DNA of 37,721 nt from the NCBI GenBank assembly GCA_018649885.1, contig JABIHA010000120.1:1-37721 (forward strand), read 5' to 3'. Numbering within the stretch: the first letter of the stretch is position 1; every line of letters begins with the position of its first letter. This document shows, piece by piece, positions 1 to 9,179 of this stretch. The position numbers and the translations under genes are program-made. Source of the stretch: Bacteriovoracaceae bacterium (lineage in GTDB: Bacteria > Bdellovibrionota > Bacteriovoracia > Bacteriovoracales > Bacteriovoracaceae). The notes under the pieces were generated by a model, which was given only the letters and a program-made list of their open reading frames with translations, was not told the origin of the DNA and did not search any database.

Positions 1-44
1 ACTAAATAATTTTTAAGAATGGCATTAAAGTAAAAAAAAGTAAT

Positions 45-75
45 GAGGCCTGCGACTTTGCAGGCCTCTTTTTTT
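45..75 (+). terminator. Rho-independent terminator of a gene upstream of the window
   Basis: Perfect 9-bp GC-rich stem GAGGCCTGC (45-53) / GCAGGCCTC (60-68), 6-nt loop, followed by T7 (69-75). Confidence 0.85.
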
Positions 76-192
76 AAAAATCTAGTCCCATAGTGACACT
101 ACTTTTATTAAAGTTTTCTATAGAAAAATTCCTTCATTGATCATGCACAAAATTTTAGTTAATCACAGCTGAGAACTATTCGAGGGGGAATA

Positions 193-759
193 ATGAAACT
201 TGCTAATTTATCTGTGTTATTTTTTTGTGTTTTTTCAATGAACATTTCTATTGCAGGGCATTCCATTAAGTGGACTAACTCTGCTAAGTGCGCCACCTAT
301 ACCGACAGAGGCCGCTTCATTGAATATATTGATAAGTACAATTGTAAATTAGAGCTTGGGCATTCTATTAAATGGACTAACTCTGGTAAATGCGCGGACT
401 ATACCCCGCGTGGTGCTTTTATCGAGTATCTTCATATGAGAGAGTGCAGACGGACAGCTGGCATCGAGCTCAAATGGACTAATAGTGCCAAGTGCGCATT
501 GTACACTCCAAGGGGAGCATTTATTAAGTATGTCGACTTAAAAAGATGTAAAAGAAGGCTTGGCTCGGAGGTAAAGTGGACTAACTCAGCTAAATGCGCA
601 GAGTACACACCTAGGGGGGCCTTCATTGCTTATCTTGGATTAGATGAATGTCGTTACACCCATGGGTCTTCAAGACGCTGGACCAACTCAGGAAAGTGCG
701 CTGAATACACACCAAGAGGTGCGTTTATCCAGTACCTTTCATTAAATTCTTGTAACTAA
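193..759 (+). CDS. Secreted cysteine-rich tandem-repeat protein (5 x 34 aa), function unknown
   Basis: RBS GAGGGGG upstream; Sec-type signal ending SIA; mature part is five repeats G-x4-WTNS[AG]KCAxYT[PD]RG[AR]FIxY-x5-C. Confidence 0.85.
   Translation: MKLANLSVLFFCVFSMNISIAGHSIKWTNSAKCATYTDRGRFIEYIDKYNCKLELGHSIKWTNSGKCADYTPRGAFIEYLHMRECRRTAGIELKWTNSAKCALYTPRGAFIKYVDLKRCKRRLGSEVKWTNSAKCAEYTPRGAFIAYLGLDECRYTHGSSRRWTNSGKCAEYTPRGAFIQYLSLNSCN
256..756 (+). repeat. Five intragenic 102-bp (34-codon) repeats starting at 256, 358, 460, 562 and 664
   Basis: Exact 102-nt periodicity of the TGGACTAA/TGGACCAA (WTN) block; synonymous positions have diverged. Confidence 0.9.
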
Positions 760-781
760 AAATAGTACATGGGGGCCCAAC

Positions 782-1603
782 TTACTTTGTATCAAGCACA
801 AGGTATTCGTTGGGTTCACCTGTAATAATAATTTTTCCATCGGGACCGATTGTAATTCCTTCAGGCTGATCCATTTGCTCAAAGCTGGCAACCTCACTTA
901 ATTCAGAAGTATCAAGATCGAAAGCGATTAGCTTTTTACTGTCATCGCTTAAAATGAGCAGTCTATTGTGTTTATCGTCGTACACAATGCTAGACAAATC
1001 TTCTACCATTCCCTCAAGCACTGCTCTGGTGGTTGGATTTAAGATTGATCTACTTCTAGTTGCTTTTTTCTTGCTGGTCTGGTCCCACTCAAAAGAATAG
1101 ATATCAAGCGGTTTCTTTTCTTTAATTCCGTAGAATTTTCCATTATTAGGATTAAAGGTAGCGCCTTCTGCCCCTTTGTTTCCAATATATCTCTTAAATC
1201 GAACAGTTTGAAAGCTTCTAAGATTCATCTCACTGTCGAGTGCGCCCACTCTCAAAAGACCACCTTCTTCAACTATTGCCAACTGGGGCTCAGCTGAACT
1301 ACCACCTTCTAGCATAAAGGCATCTTCTGTATCTCTATTTCCTGAAACTTTTATATCTCTTATCAGTTCAAAGTTTTCATCAACTTCAAAATAGCGATCT
1401 CGACCGTTGAGAATAAGCAAGTAGCTCGCAGATTGTGGAATATAAACCATGCCTGAAAGATCATCTTTGATGCCGTAGTCTGAGAAAAAATCAAAGTTTT
1501 TCAGTTGTTCTTGTGCTTTTAGATCAGTAGAGATGATGCTAGTAGCGAGTAAAAGTAGACCTAGGTAGGTATTCCTTGGCCTGAACTTGTTTAAAAGCTT
1601 CAT
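782..1603 (-). CDS. Secreted SdiA-regulated/YjiK-like beta-propeller protein
   Basis: Signal peptide; motifs DLSG, DTED, VEE, NKGAEG, KEKKP, DLSSI, ILSDDS and QPEGIT typical of the YjiK family; GAGG RBS. Confidence 0.75.
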   Translation of the reverse strand: MKLLNKFRPRNTYLGLLLLATSIISTDLKAQEQLKNFDFFSDYGIKDDLSGMVYIPQSASYLLILNGRDRYFEVDENFELIRDIKVSGNRDTEDAFMLEGGSSAEPQLAIVEEGGLLRVGALDSEMNLRSFQTVRFKRYIGNKGAEGATFNPNNGKFYGIKEKKPLDIYSFEWDQTSKKKATRSRSILNPTTRAVLEGMVEDLSSIVYDDKHNRLLILSDDSKKLIAFDLDTSELSEVASFEQMDQPEGITIGPDGKIIITGEPNEYLVLDTK

Positions 1604-1881
1604 TTAATTTCCTCTCGATTTGTGAATGATAGTATTTAACATTGCGACGCATTGGAATCAATATCTGTGACCCTTAACTTGTAGAAACTATAGGGCTTTA
1701 TGCGGCAAATAGGTGAATTTCCGATTTGGGAACACTGCTTTGAGGTGAGACGGTGTATCTTTGGAACACACTTATTAGTGTCAGTTTTTGTTAAATTGAC
1801 TTGCCCTCATGCTCATTGATATTTTCTCCTCCCAATTTAAGCTTTATCACGATGATTTTTCACCTAAAAGACGGAGTTGTT

Positions 1882-4071
1882 TTGCCTAACCATTTCAAAA
1901 AATTGATCTCATTTTTTCTTTTTATTACAAGTGCTGCGGTTTTTGGAGCAACCCTTGAGTCAATCAACCTTTTCCATAAAACGAGCTGTTTTGTTTATGA
2001 AAGTGAAGGGGGGAGGGAATTTAAATGCTTTGGTGCGAGAGCTAATTTAGAGCTGCCTCTAAAACTAGAAAAAGGCACCTTGGTAAGCGGAAGCAAAAAC
2101 TTTATTTGTGCAGCTAATTCGACGACGCTAGCATGTGCAGGGAGTAATTTAAACTTTTCAAATGAAATATCTGATATTCAAAAATTGGCATTGGCCGGCA
2201 GTAATATTTGCTATTCAAAAAGTGGTGTTTTCGATTGTCTAGGTAATGGGGTCCTGTCAAAAACAAAACTTCCAAAAGTCTCTAGTGTAGTAGATTTTTC
2301 TACTAGTGAGAACCATGGGTGCCTAATTGATCAGCTTAATGAGAAAGAAAAAAAAATTCTGTGCTTTGGAAATAATAAGTTTGGTAAAGCAGACCCACCT
2401 CCCTTTACTGGGAAGCCTGTGCAAGTTGTCGCTGGGAAAAACTATAGTTGTGCACTTATCAAAAAAGAGTACTCTCAGGAAATTCTTTGCTGGGGGAAAA
2501 AGAGTTTTGATCCCTCTCAAATTGATTCTCCAATTTTTATAAAGGGAGGAAAGCACTTTGTTTGTGCTGTACAAAGAGTCGATTTCACCAAAAGGAAACT
2601 CACATGTTTTGGTGACTCACTTCCAGAAAATATTCCTGATCTAAACACAATTTCAGCACTTGAAGTAGGCTCGTATACTGGCTGTGCCTATGACTTGGAA
2701 TTTAGTGAGCTCATTTGTTTTGGTAACAATACCAGTGGACAACTAGATATTGACATGGAAGTTCTGAGTGCCATACCGGTTAAAGAAATCCAAATCAAAG
2801 AGGATGAAATTAAACCAGACCGAGTCGTTTCCAGGAAGTATGGAGAAGCTCATAGCTGTACACTCTTTGAGTCAGGCAGAGTGAAATGCTGGGGGCTAAA
2901 TAATAATGGACAGCTGGGATACGGTGATACAAATAGTAGAGGAGATGGGCCATCTGAGATGGGACAAAATCTTCCATTTGTAGACTTAGGAGGAGAGAAG
3001 GTCCTCTCAATAGCACTTGGAAAGTTTCATAGTTGTGCATTACTCATTTCTAATCGCATCAAGTGTTGGGGAAAAAATAGTAATGGGCAACTTGGTCACG
3101 GAAGTGTCAAAGCAAGAGGAGCCGCTCCAGGTGAAATGGGAGCTAACCTTTCATATCTCAAGCTTGGAGATGAAAAAATTATTGGTATTTCTGCTGGCGA
3201 GAATCACAACTGCGCTGTCTTTGAATCTAGAAGAATAAAATGTTGGGGTTATAACGGGTATGGTCAGCTAGGTTATGGAAATACTCTTCCGATAGGAAAA
3301 ATTTCTGGTGAAATGGGGAATAACCTAAAATACGTTGACCTTGGTTCACACAAAGTAGTGAGTGTTGATTTAGGCCTAGGCCATAGTTGTGCCATATTTG
3401 AAAATGGAAAGGTAAAGTGCTGGGGATGGAACTCTTCTGGTCAGCTGGGGCTTGGTGATAAATCTAATCGTGGTGATCAAACCGGTGAGATGGGTGACAA
3501 CTTAGATTTTTTAGATTTTGGACCAGAGAAATTGATTCAAATGAGCATTGGAGGAAGTACCAACTGCGCATTATTTGAATCGAGTAGAGTTAAGTGCTGG
3601 GGGTGGAATTATTGGGGAGCTTGCGGTTACGGGGACACGGATAGTAGAGGTGATCGACCAGGAGAAATGGGAGCTGCTCTAGAATTTGTTGACCTAGGTG
3701 GCGAAAAAGTGAGATCCATTGTATCAAGAGGAAGTAGTTGCGCAGTACTCGAATCTGGTCGAGTGAAATGTTGGGGTTATAATACACGTGGGGAGCTGGG
3801 TTCAGGTAATCGTTTGCATATCGGCAAAAAACCAAATGAGATGGGAGTTAATCTTAAATATTTAGATCTTGATGGTGGCAAAATCAGATCTATTTCCCAA
3901 GGAAAGATGCACGCATGTGCTATTTTTACTTCTGGAAAAATCAAATGCTGGGGCGAGAATTTGCATGGTCAGCTAGGCCTTGGTGATAAAAAATCAAGAG
4001 GGACGGCCACCGGGGAAATGGGGTCCAACCTTCAGTTCGTAGATCTTGGAAATGAAAAAATCATTCAATAA
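1882..4071 (+). CDS. Secreted RCC1/BLIP-II repeat protein (degenerate N-terminal repeats plus 7 long C-terminal repeats)
   Basis: Repeated HSCA-x5-VKCWGxNxxGQLG motif. Start reassigned from 1801 to TTG 1882 because GGAG lies upstream and a signal peptide MPNHFKKLISFFLFITSAAVFG follows. Confidence 0.85.
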   Translation: MPNHFKKLISFFLFITSAAVFGATLESINLFHKTSCFVYESEGGREFKCFGARANLELPLKLEKGTLVSGSKNFICAANSTTLACAGSNLNFSNEISDIQKLALAGSNICYSKSGVFDCLGNGVLSKTKLPKVSSVVDFSTSENHGCLIDQLNEKEKKILCFGNNKFGKADPPPFTGKPVQVVAGKNYSCALIKKEYSQEILCWGKKSFDPSQIDSPIFIKGGKHFVCAVQRVDFTKRKLTCFGDSLPENIPDLNTISALEVGSYTGCAYDLEFSELICFGNNTSGQLDIDMEVLSAIPVKEIQIKEDEIKPDRVVSRKYGEAHSCTLFESGRVKCWGLNNNGQLGYGDTNSRGDGPSEMGQNLPFVDLGGEKVLSIALGKFHSCALLISNRIKCWGKNSNGQLGHGSVKARGAAPGEMGANLSYLKLGDEKIIGISAGENHNCAVFESRRIKCWGYNGYGQLGYGNTLPIGKISGEMGNNLKYVDLGSHKVVSVDLGLGHSCAIFENGKVKCWGWNSSGQLGLGDKSNRGDQTGEMGDNLDFLDFGPEKLIQMSIGGSTNCALFESSRVKCWGWNYWGACGYGDTDSRGDRPGEMGAALEFVDLGGEKVRSIVSRGSSCAVLESGRVKCWGYNTRGELGSGNRLHIGKKPNEMGVNLKYLDLDGGKIRSISQGKMHACAIFTSGKIKCWGENLHGQLGLGDKKSRGTATGEMGSNLQFVDLGNEKIIQ
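2851..4068 (+). repeat. Seven ~59-aa RCC1-like repeats
   Basis: KCWG codon blocks at 2884, 3061, 3238, 3415, 3592, 3766 and 3943 (spacing 177 nt, once 174). Confidence 0.9.
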
Positions 4072-4243
4072 AATTTGGTGAATTGACTACCAGTTCAAAA
4101 CTTTGCCTAATTGCCCAGAATTTATGGGCTCATAGTGAAGTCGCAACATTTGTTTTCTCTCTAGAGTAAAATGATTTCAACCAGATGGCCTTGTACTGCT
4201 AATAATTCAATAGATACACCCATCATATAGGTAAACTGTCTAT

Positions 4244-7200
4244 ATGAACGTGACGGTTGGTTTTCAATCTATTGTATTTAGAGCAATTTCTTGCCTTTTA
4301 TTCCTAGTGCTCTTTGGTTGCGTGGTTGGTGGCGAAAGTAAATTTGATGATGTAACAGATCCCAATGAAACTATAACAGTTGTAAGCGAGTATGAACTAA
4401 CTCCCTCAGTATCAACATACAATTTTGGCACGGGCCTTTATGGAGTGATTAGTAATCAAACTATTACTGTGACCAATACTGGTCTTAGTACTGCCACTGG
4501 ATGTTCTCTTGCCGCTCTTTCTGGTAGCGACGCTGCTGAGTTTAGTATTGTGAGCGATGGTTGTGGAACAACAAACCTTGCAAGTGGCGCTACTTGTAAT
4601 ATTCAAATAGGCTCAACACCTGCAGATACAGGAGCTAATAGTGCCAACCTCAATTGGTCGTGTCTCTCAGCAAGTATAGACGTCACACTTTCGGCCACAG
4701 GAGATAACTTTCAAATCTCCAGTTCAGGCCCTACAAGTGGCGCCACAGGAATTGATCCCAATAGTAATATTGATGTGGTTTTTAAATACAACGCCGACTC
4801 TACTACTTTGATTCGTGATAATGTGAAACTTCGAATGCAGCCTCAAGGCTTTATTATTGATGGAAGCTATAGTTACAATTCTGGAACCAAAACGCTTAGC
4901 TTTGATCCCTATATTAGCCTGGATCCTTCTCAAGCTTATAGAATGGATTTTTCTGCGAGCACGAATGCTTCATCAGGAGCGGCAACACTAACAAGACGAA
5001 CAAGCATTAGCTTTACAACCTCAGATGTAGCAGTCTCTGCTCACGGCTACGCTACGACTTCGGCCACTCCTGTCATTAATGGAAAGTGTTCGACGAATGT
5101 GACGACTCTTACGGCCACACTAAATGGCTCTCCCCAAGCATTTGTGGATAGTGACTGTAGCGATGGACTTTGGGAGATGCAACCTACACTTGCGAGCACG
5201 GCCACCTATCAAATAATTATTACCGCTGGAGATGGAAGCACAAGCTCTGTTAAAACTTTTGATATGATTAAGTGTGGCTCTCTTGCGGCGATTGTTCCCG
5301 ACACTGGCTATACCGGGGCGGGGACCTCTGCAGTCGACCCCTACTTAATTGATACAAAAGAAAAGCTAGCAGGCATAGCAAGTGATTTGACATCATATTA
5401 CAAACTCACTGCCAATATAGATTTATCATGCTCCCAGTGGACTCCGCTGGGATCTGCCGCCTCCAAATTTACTGGAGAATTTAACGGTGATGGTAAAACG
5501 ATTTCATACTTAACGATTGAAGCTGCGGGTGTCGATTATCAAGGCCTATTTGGATACGGCTACGGTGGAGATATTTCTAGTCTCGGTGTAATTGATGCCT
5601 ACGTCGATGGAACAGGACGAAACAAAGTGGGCATTTTGATGGGCATGGCCGAAAATCAAAATGATATTGATGATGTTTTTGTTACTGGACACGTTTTAGG
5701 ATATCAAGAAGTCGGTGGTATATCGGGTTATATGTATGACCAAAGTGATCTTCGCCAAAGCTATGGTGAAGTTGATGTTGATGGGTCCTATTATTACGTT
5801 GGTGGGCTTGTTGGAAGAACTGCTGATGATACATATTATTACAACGAGATTTTTAGAAATTATTTTAATGGAACGATACACGGAGCTGGTTATTATTTTG
5901 GTGGAATAGTAGGGTACACGAAGTATACAAATATTAATGATTCTTACTCAACAGGGACAATTGTTAAAGAAGCTACCACTAGCAATAATGGGGGACTTGT
6001 TGGATGGCTTCGAAATTCCGAAATGAAAGGATCTGCCTTTAAAGGTCATATCCAAACCACAGGCAATAAAAATGGTGGGCTCGTCGCTTATCAAGATGCT
6101 AGCACGATTTATGAATCTACTAGTTCAGGCACATTGAGTGCTACATCTAATGGGGCCAACTCAGGTGGAATTACTGGGCTACTAAATGCTAGTGGAGATA
6201 TTATTGACTCTCATTCAGACATGGTCATATCGGTTGTGGGAAATAATGTTGGAGGAATTGTTGGGAACTGGTCTCCTGCAGTGGGTGGAGTTTCACGAAG
6301 CTACTTTGCTGGATCTGTCGCAGGAGGGGTCAACGTCAATGAAATTGTGGGAAGTAACACTGGTGGATCTACAAGTCATGGTGCCACAGTCTTTTTTCTC
6401 GATACCGGATGTGGAGTTAGTGTTGGGGGAGGTGGATGCCCTGCTGCTAATACCATCGGTATCGGTCTTAGTAGCTCTGATATGGAGTCTCAAAGTACTT
6501 TTTCAGGTTGGACATTTGGAAATGGCACCTCTTGGATTCTGGAGACGGGAGCTATGCCAAAACCTCATTTGTCTACTAAGTGCATGTACCCGGTCAAAAT
6601 AGCAGGTGCAACTGATTGGAGTGGGGCCGGAACCCTTGGATCTCCATACCAGGTCACAGATGTCGATCAACTTCAAGGAATGAAAAGTAATGTTTCGGCC
6701 AATTATATTTTATCAAATGATATTGATTTTACTAATGAGTGCGTAGATTGGTCTCCTGTTGGTGTCAATGGTGGATCTTTTACTGGTACACTTGATGGGA
6801 ATTCAAAAACAATAACCGGCGGAGTCTTAAAAGATAAGGCTGACTATTTGGGATTTTTTGGAAGTCTAAATGGGGCCACAATTACAGACCTGACATTAGA
6901 GAGCCGAATTAGGGTCGACCTGGCAGCGAATGGAGGTCCTACAGTCGAATTTGTTGGGGTGCTTGTGGGAAAAGGAACAGGTGTGACGCTGACAAATATA
7001 ACTGTTAATGGTGATGTTGAAAAATATTTGGGAAATAATAGTGGTGGAGTTGCAGGCTATATTCTCAGTAGCTCAACTCTCACAAATATAACTCATGTGG
7101 GAAAAGTCGTAACCAGAGGCGGGATTGCTGGTGGGGTTATTGGGTATCTTCTCAGTAATTCAACATTAACAGGTTCCACTCAAACGGGTGATCAAGTTTC

Positions 7201-7891
7201 TGGTAACTCTATTGTTGGAGGACTTGTTGGCGCGACCTCTCCAGGAGTTGTAATTACGAATACAAGCTCCAACTCAACAATATGGTATAGGAACTCAATG
7301 TACTCCAGCTACGGAGGACTTGTTGGCTATCTTAATGGAGGCACTATAACAAACTCAAGTGCCATGGGAACAGTTAGAGGGTCCAATATGAATATCGGAG
7401 GACTGGTTGGTTATGCAAATAATAGTGTTATCTCAAATTCTTTTGCTACAGGTTCAGTTGATACACATCCCTCTGGAGCTAACGAGTACAAGGTTGGAGG
7501 GTTGATCGGCCATGTCCAGGGCACAATTTCTCTTACCAATTGCTATGCCACTGGTAATGTGGATGGAGTCGATCGAATGGGTGGACTCATTGGTTATATT
7601 CTTTCTGGCACGACAGGTACAATTGACAATAACTATGCAACAGGTACTGTTACGGCCTCGGCCAATAGTTATAAACTTATAGGCCTTGATTCTTCAGGCG
7701 CTCTGACAATCACTGATAATTATGTGCTAGATAATACTTGCAACGCAGGAGCAGGGGGAGGTTGTGCTGAAACAAACGGTGGGACTCAATTAATCGACGC
7801 TGAAATGAAAGCAGAGGCCAGTTATAATACATGGGACTTTGGCTCAAATTGGAGCATTGTCGAAGGTGTATCCTATCCAACACTTCAGTAA
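4244..7891 (+). CDS. Large surface lipoprotein: Ig-like domains followed by two GLUG-motif (beta-helix) modules
   Basis: Lipobox LFGC; Ig-like segments (TITVTNTG, SSGPTSGATGIDPNSNIDVVF); many GGLVG/GGIVG motifs; two GxGTxxxPY...Y.L..(N/D)ID...F.G...G.GK.I module starts at 5315 and 6623. Confidence 0.85.
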   Translation: MNVTVGFQSIVFRAISCLLFLVLFGCVVGGESKFDDVTDPNETITVVSEYELTPSVSTYNFGTGLYGVISNQTITVTNTGLSTATGCSLAALSGSDAAEFSIVSDGCGTTNLASGATCNIQIGSTPADTGANSANLNWSCLSASIDVTLSATGDNFQISSSGPTSGATGIDPNSNIDVVFKYNADSTTLIRDNVKLRMQPQGFIIDGSYSYNSGTKTLSFDPYISLDPSQAYRMDFSASTNASSGAATLTRRTSISFTTSDVAVSAHGYATTSATPVINGKCSTNVTTLTATLNGSPQAFVDSDCSDGLWEMQPTLASTATYQIIITAGDGSTSSVKTFDMIKCGSLAAIVPDTGYTGAGTSAVDPYLIDTKEKLAGIASDLTSYYKLTANIDLSCSQWTPLGSAASKFTGEFNGDGKTISYLTIEAAGVDYQGLFGYGYGGDISSLGVIDAYVDGTGRNKVGILMGMAENQNDIDDVFVTGHVLGYQEVGGISGYMYDQSDLRQSYGEVDVDGSYYYVGGLVGRTADDTYYYNEIFRNYFNGTIHGAGYYFGGIVGYTKYTNINDSYSTGTIVKEATTSNNGGLVGWLRNSEMKGSAFKGHIQTTGNKNGGLVAYQDASTIYESTSSGTLSATSNGANSGGITGLLNASGDIIDSHSDMVISVVGNNVGGIVGNWSPAVGGVSRSYFAGSVAGGVNVNEIVGSNTGGSTSHGATVFFLDTGCGVSVGGGGCPAANTIGIGLSSSDMESQSTFSGWTFGNGTSWILETGAMPKPHLSTKCMYPVKIAGATDWSGAGTLGSPYQVTDVDQLQGMKSNVSANYILSNDIDFTNECVDWSPVGVNGGSFTGTLDGNSKTITGGVLKDKADYLGFFGSLNGATITDLTLESRIRVDLAANGGPTVEFVGVLVGKGTGVTLTNITVNGDVEKYLGNNSGGVAGYILSSSTLTNITHVGKVVTRGGIAGGVIGYLLSNSTLTGSTQTGDQVSGNSIVGGLVGATSPGVVITNTSSNSTIWYRNSMYSSYGGLVGYLNGGTITNSSAMGTVRGSNMNIGGLVGYANNSVISNSFATGSVDTHPSGANEYKVGGLIGHVQGTISLTNCYATGNVDGVDRMGGLIGYILSGTTGTIDNNYATGTVTASANSYKLIGLDSSGALTITDNYVLDNTCNAGAGGGCAETNGGTQLIDAEMKAEASYNTWDFGSNWSIVEGVSYPTLQ

Positions 7892-7908
7892 TCAGATTCA
7901 TGAATATA

Positions 7909-8997
7909 TTATTTGCTGGGGATAGTGGCCCGGTAGATTGTTCTGTTCTGGCGAACCCTCCAGATTTCTCCAGAAGAAGTTGTAATATTATCGCCATTCA
8001 GGCCAATCCCATGAATCATTTTATTTTTAAAGGTTTTCCCACCATCGATACTAATATAGATCCTAAGCTCTGCTCCTCCGACTACAGAGCCTGTGCCGAT
8101 AACAGAAGCTGTAAAAAATACCTTCATACCAAGGTGTGAAATAGACTCCACAAGAAGGGATTCCTCGATTGTTGAAATGAGCTCAAGTTTGCCGTTAATT
8201 AATTTTTCTAATCGAGTTTCTGACTGATCCTTATTGCTGGAAAGGTAGTATGTACCATCAGATGCTTCAATTTTATTTTCGGAAATTACCTTCCACGACT
8301 TAGCTGAATCGCTACTTTGTGCCAGCCCTTCTCCTGAATAAAGTAATTGGTCACCATTTTCAATGATTAAGTTTGATGATAATGTCGTTTTATTAAATGG
8401 TATAGGAAAACTCTTCCAAGATTTTGCACCATCATTAGTTTTGCCCAAAATATTTAGCCCCACAAGCCAGAATGTATTTTGATCATGAACAATAATTTCA
8501 ATAAGGCTCAATTCATTTTTTGCCGAATGTAAAACTGCTGGAAGTTTGCCACGGTTTGACCAACTTTTTCCAAGGTCCGTACTGACATAAATTTCATAAT
8601 CACGGCCCTCAACTCCACCGCTAGATTTATAGCTCTTTAATGCTGCAACTATTATGTCATCCTTATTTCCAATGGCCGCAATCCATCCATATCCGTTTTC
8701 AGGTGGGCTCCAGCTTACAATTTGGGGAGAGAAAATTTGTGTGAGCTCATCACCATTTTGAAAAAATATTGAAGGATCCCGGGAGTTATCACCAGAAGGG
8801 ATGGCCCCTCCCACGAGAAGTTTTCCATCAGAGGTGGGTCTCAGGTGGTAGAGCTTAAATTTGTCTGGCAGTGTGCCTAGGCCTGAAAAGCTAATCCTAT
8901 GGGTTATATTTCCAAATTTTTGCAAAATCAGTATCACGACGAAAAGTAAAATCAGTCCAGCAACTATAAATTTAATCAATTTTTTAAGCCATTTCAA
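7909..8997 (-). CDS. Membrane-anchored BNR/Asp-box repeat (sialidase-fold/YCF48-like) beta-propeller protein
   Basis: N-terminal hydrophobic helix; Asp-boxes STDLGKSW, TNDGAKSW, SSDSAKSW, SIDGGKTF; TTG start. Confidence 0.7.
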   Translation of the reverse strand: MKWLKKLIKFIVAGLILLFVVILILQKFGNITHRISFSGLGTLPDKFKLYHLRPTSDGKLLVGGAIPSGDNSRDPSIFFQNGDELTQIFSPQIVSWSPPENGYGWIAAIGNKDDIIVAALKSYKSSGGVEGRDYEIYVSTDLGKSWSNRGKLPAVLHSAKNELSLIEIIVHDQNTFWLVGLNILGKTNDGAKSWKSFPIPFNKTTLSSNLIIENGDQLLYSGEGLAQSSDSAKSWKVISENKIEASDGTYYLSSNKDQSETRLEKLINGKLELISTIEESLLVESISHLGMKVFFTASVIGTGSVVGGAELRIYISIDGGKTFKNKMIHGIGLNGDNITTSSGEIWRVRQNRTIYRATIPSK

Positions 8998-9179
8998 AGG
9001 TTAATACTTTATTAGATTAGTGTACTTTCTGCTAATTATAATTGAGATTATCTATGCCAGCAAACGAGTTTTGAATCGCAGCATAATTTAGACCCTCCAT
9101 AAGGCTTACTCCCAGCAACTATTCTTTTCATTGAGGATCAATTGATCTAGAATTTTCAAATACTAATCCAAGGACGGAA

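Noticed and set aside
256..756. 102-bp periodic repeats as a CRISPR array or DGR template/variable repeat pair
   Set aside because: The repeats are in-frame coding units differing mostly at synonymous sites, not specifically at adenines; no cas or reverse transcriptase gene is in the window
1725..1772. Direct repeat GGAACAC twice in the divergent intergenic region
   Set aside because: Only 7 bp and two copies; not distinguishable from chance
1796..1806. TTGACTTGCCC identical to 37562-37572, with CTTGCCC also at 9241
   Set aside because: Isolated short matches; a few such hits are expected by chance in 37 kb and no shared context was seen
4186..4201. TGGCCTTGTACTGCTA as a sigma-54 promoter for the large lipoprotein
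   Set aside because: GG-to-GC spacing is one base short of the strict -24/-12 requirement
7710..8139. ORFs 7710-7997 (-) and 7831-8139 (+) spanning a convergent gene junction
   Set aside because: Antisense shadows of well-supported genes; no RBS or recognisable motifs
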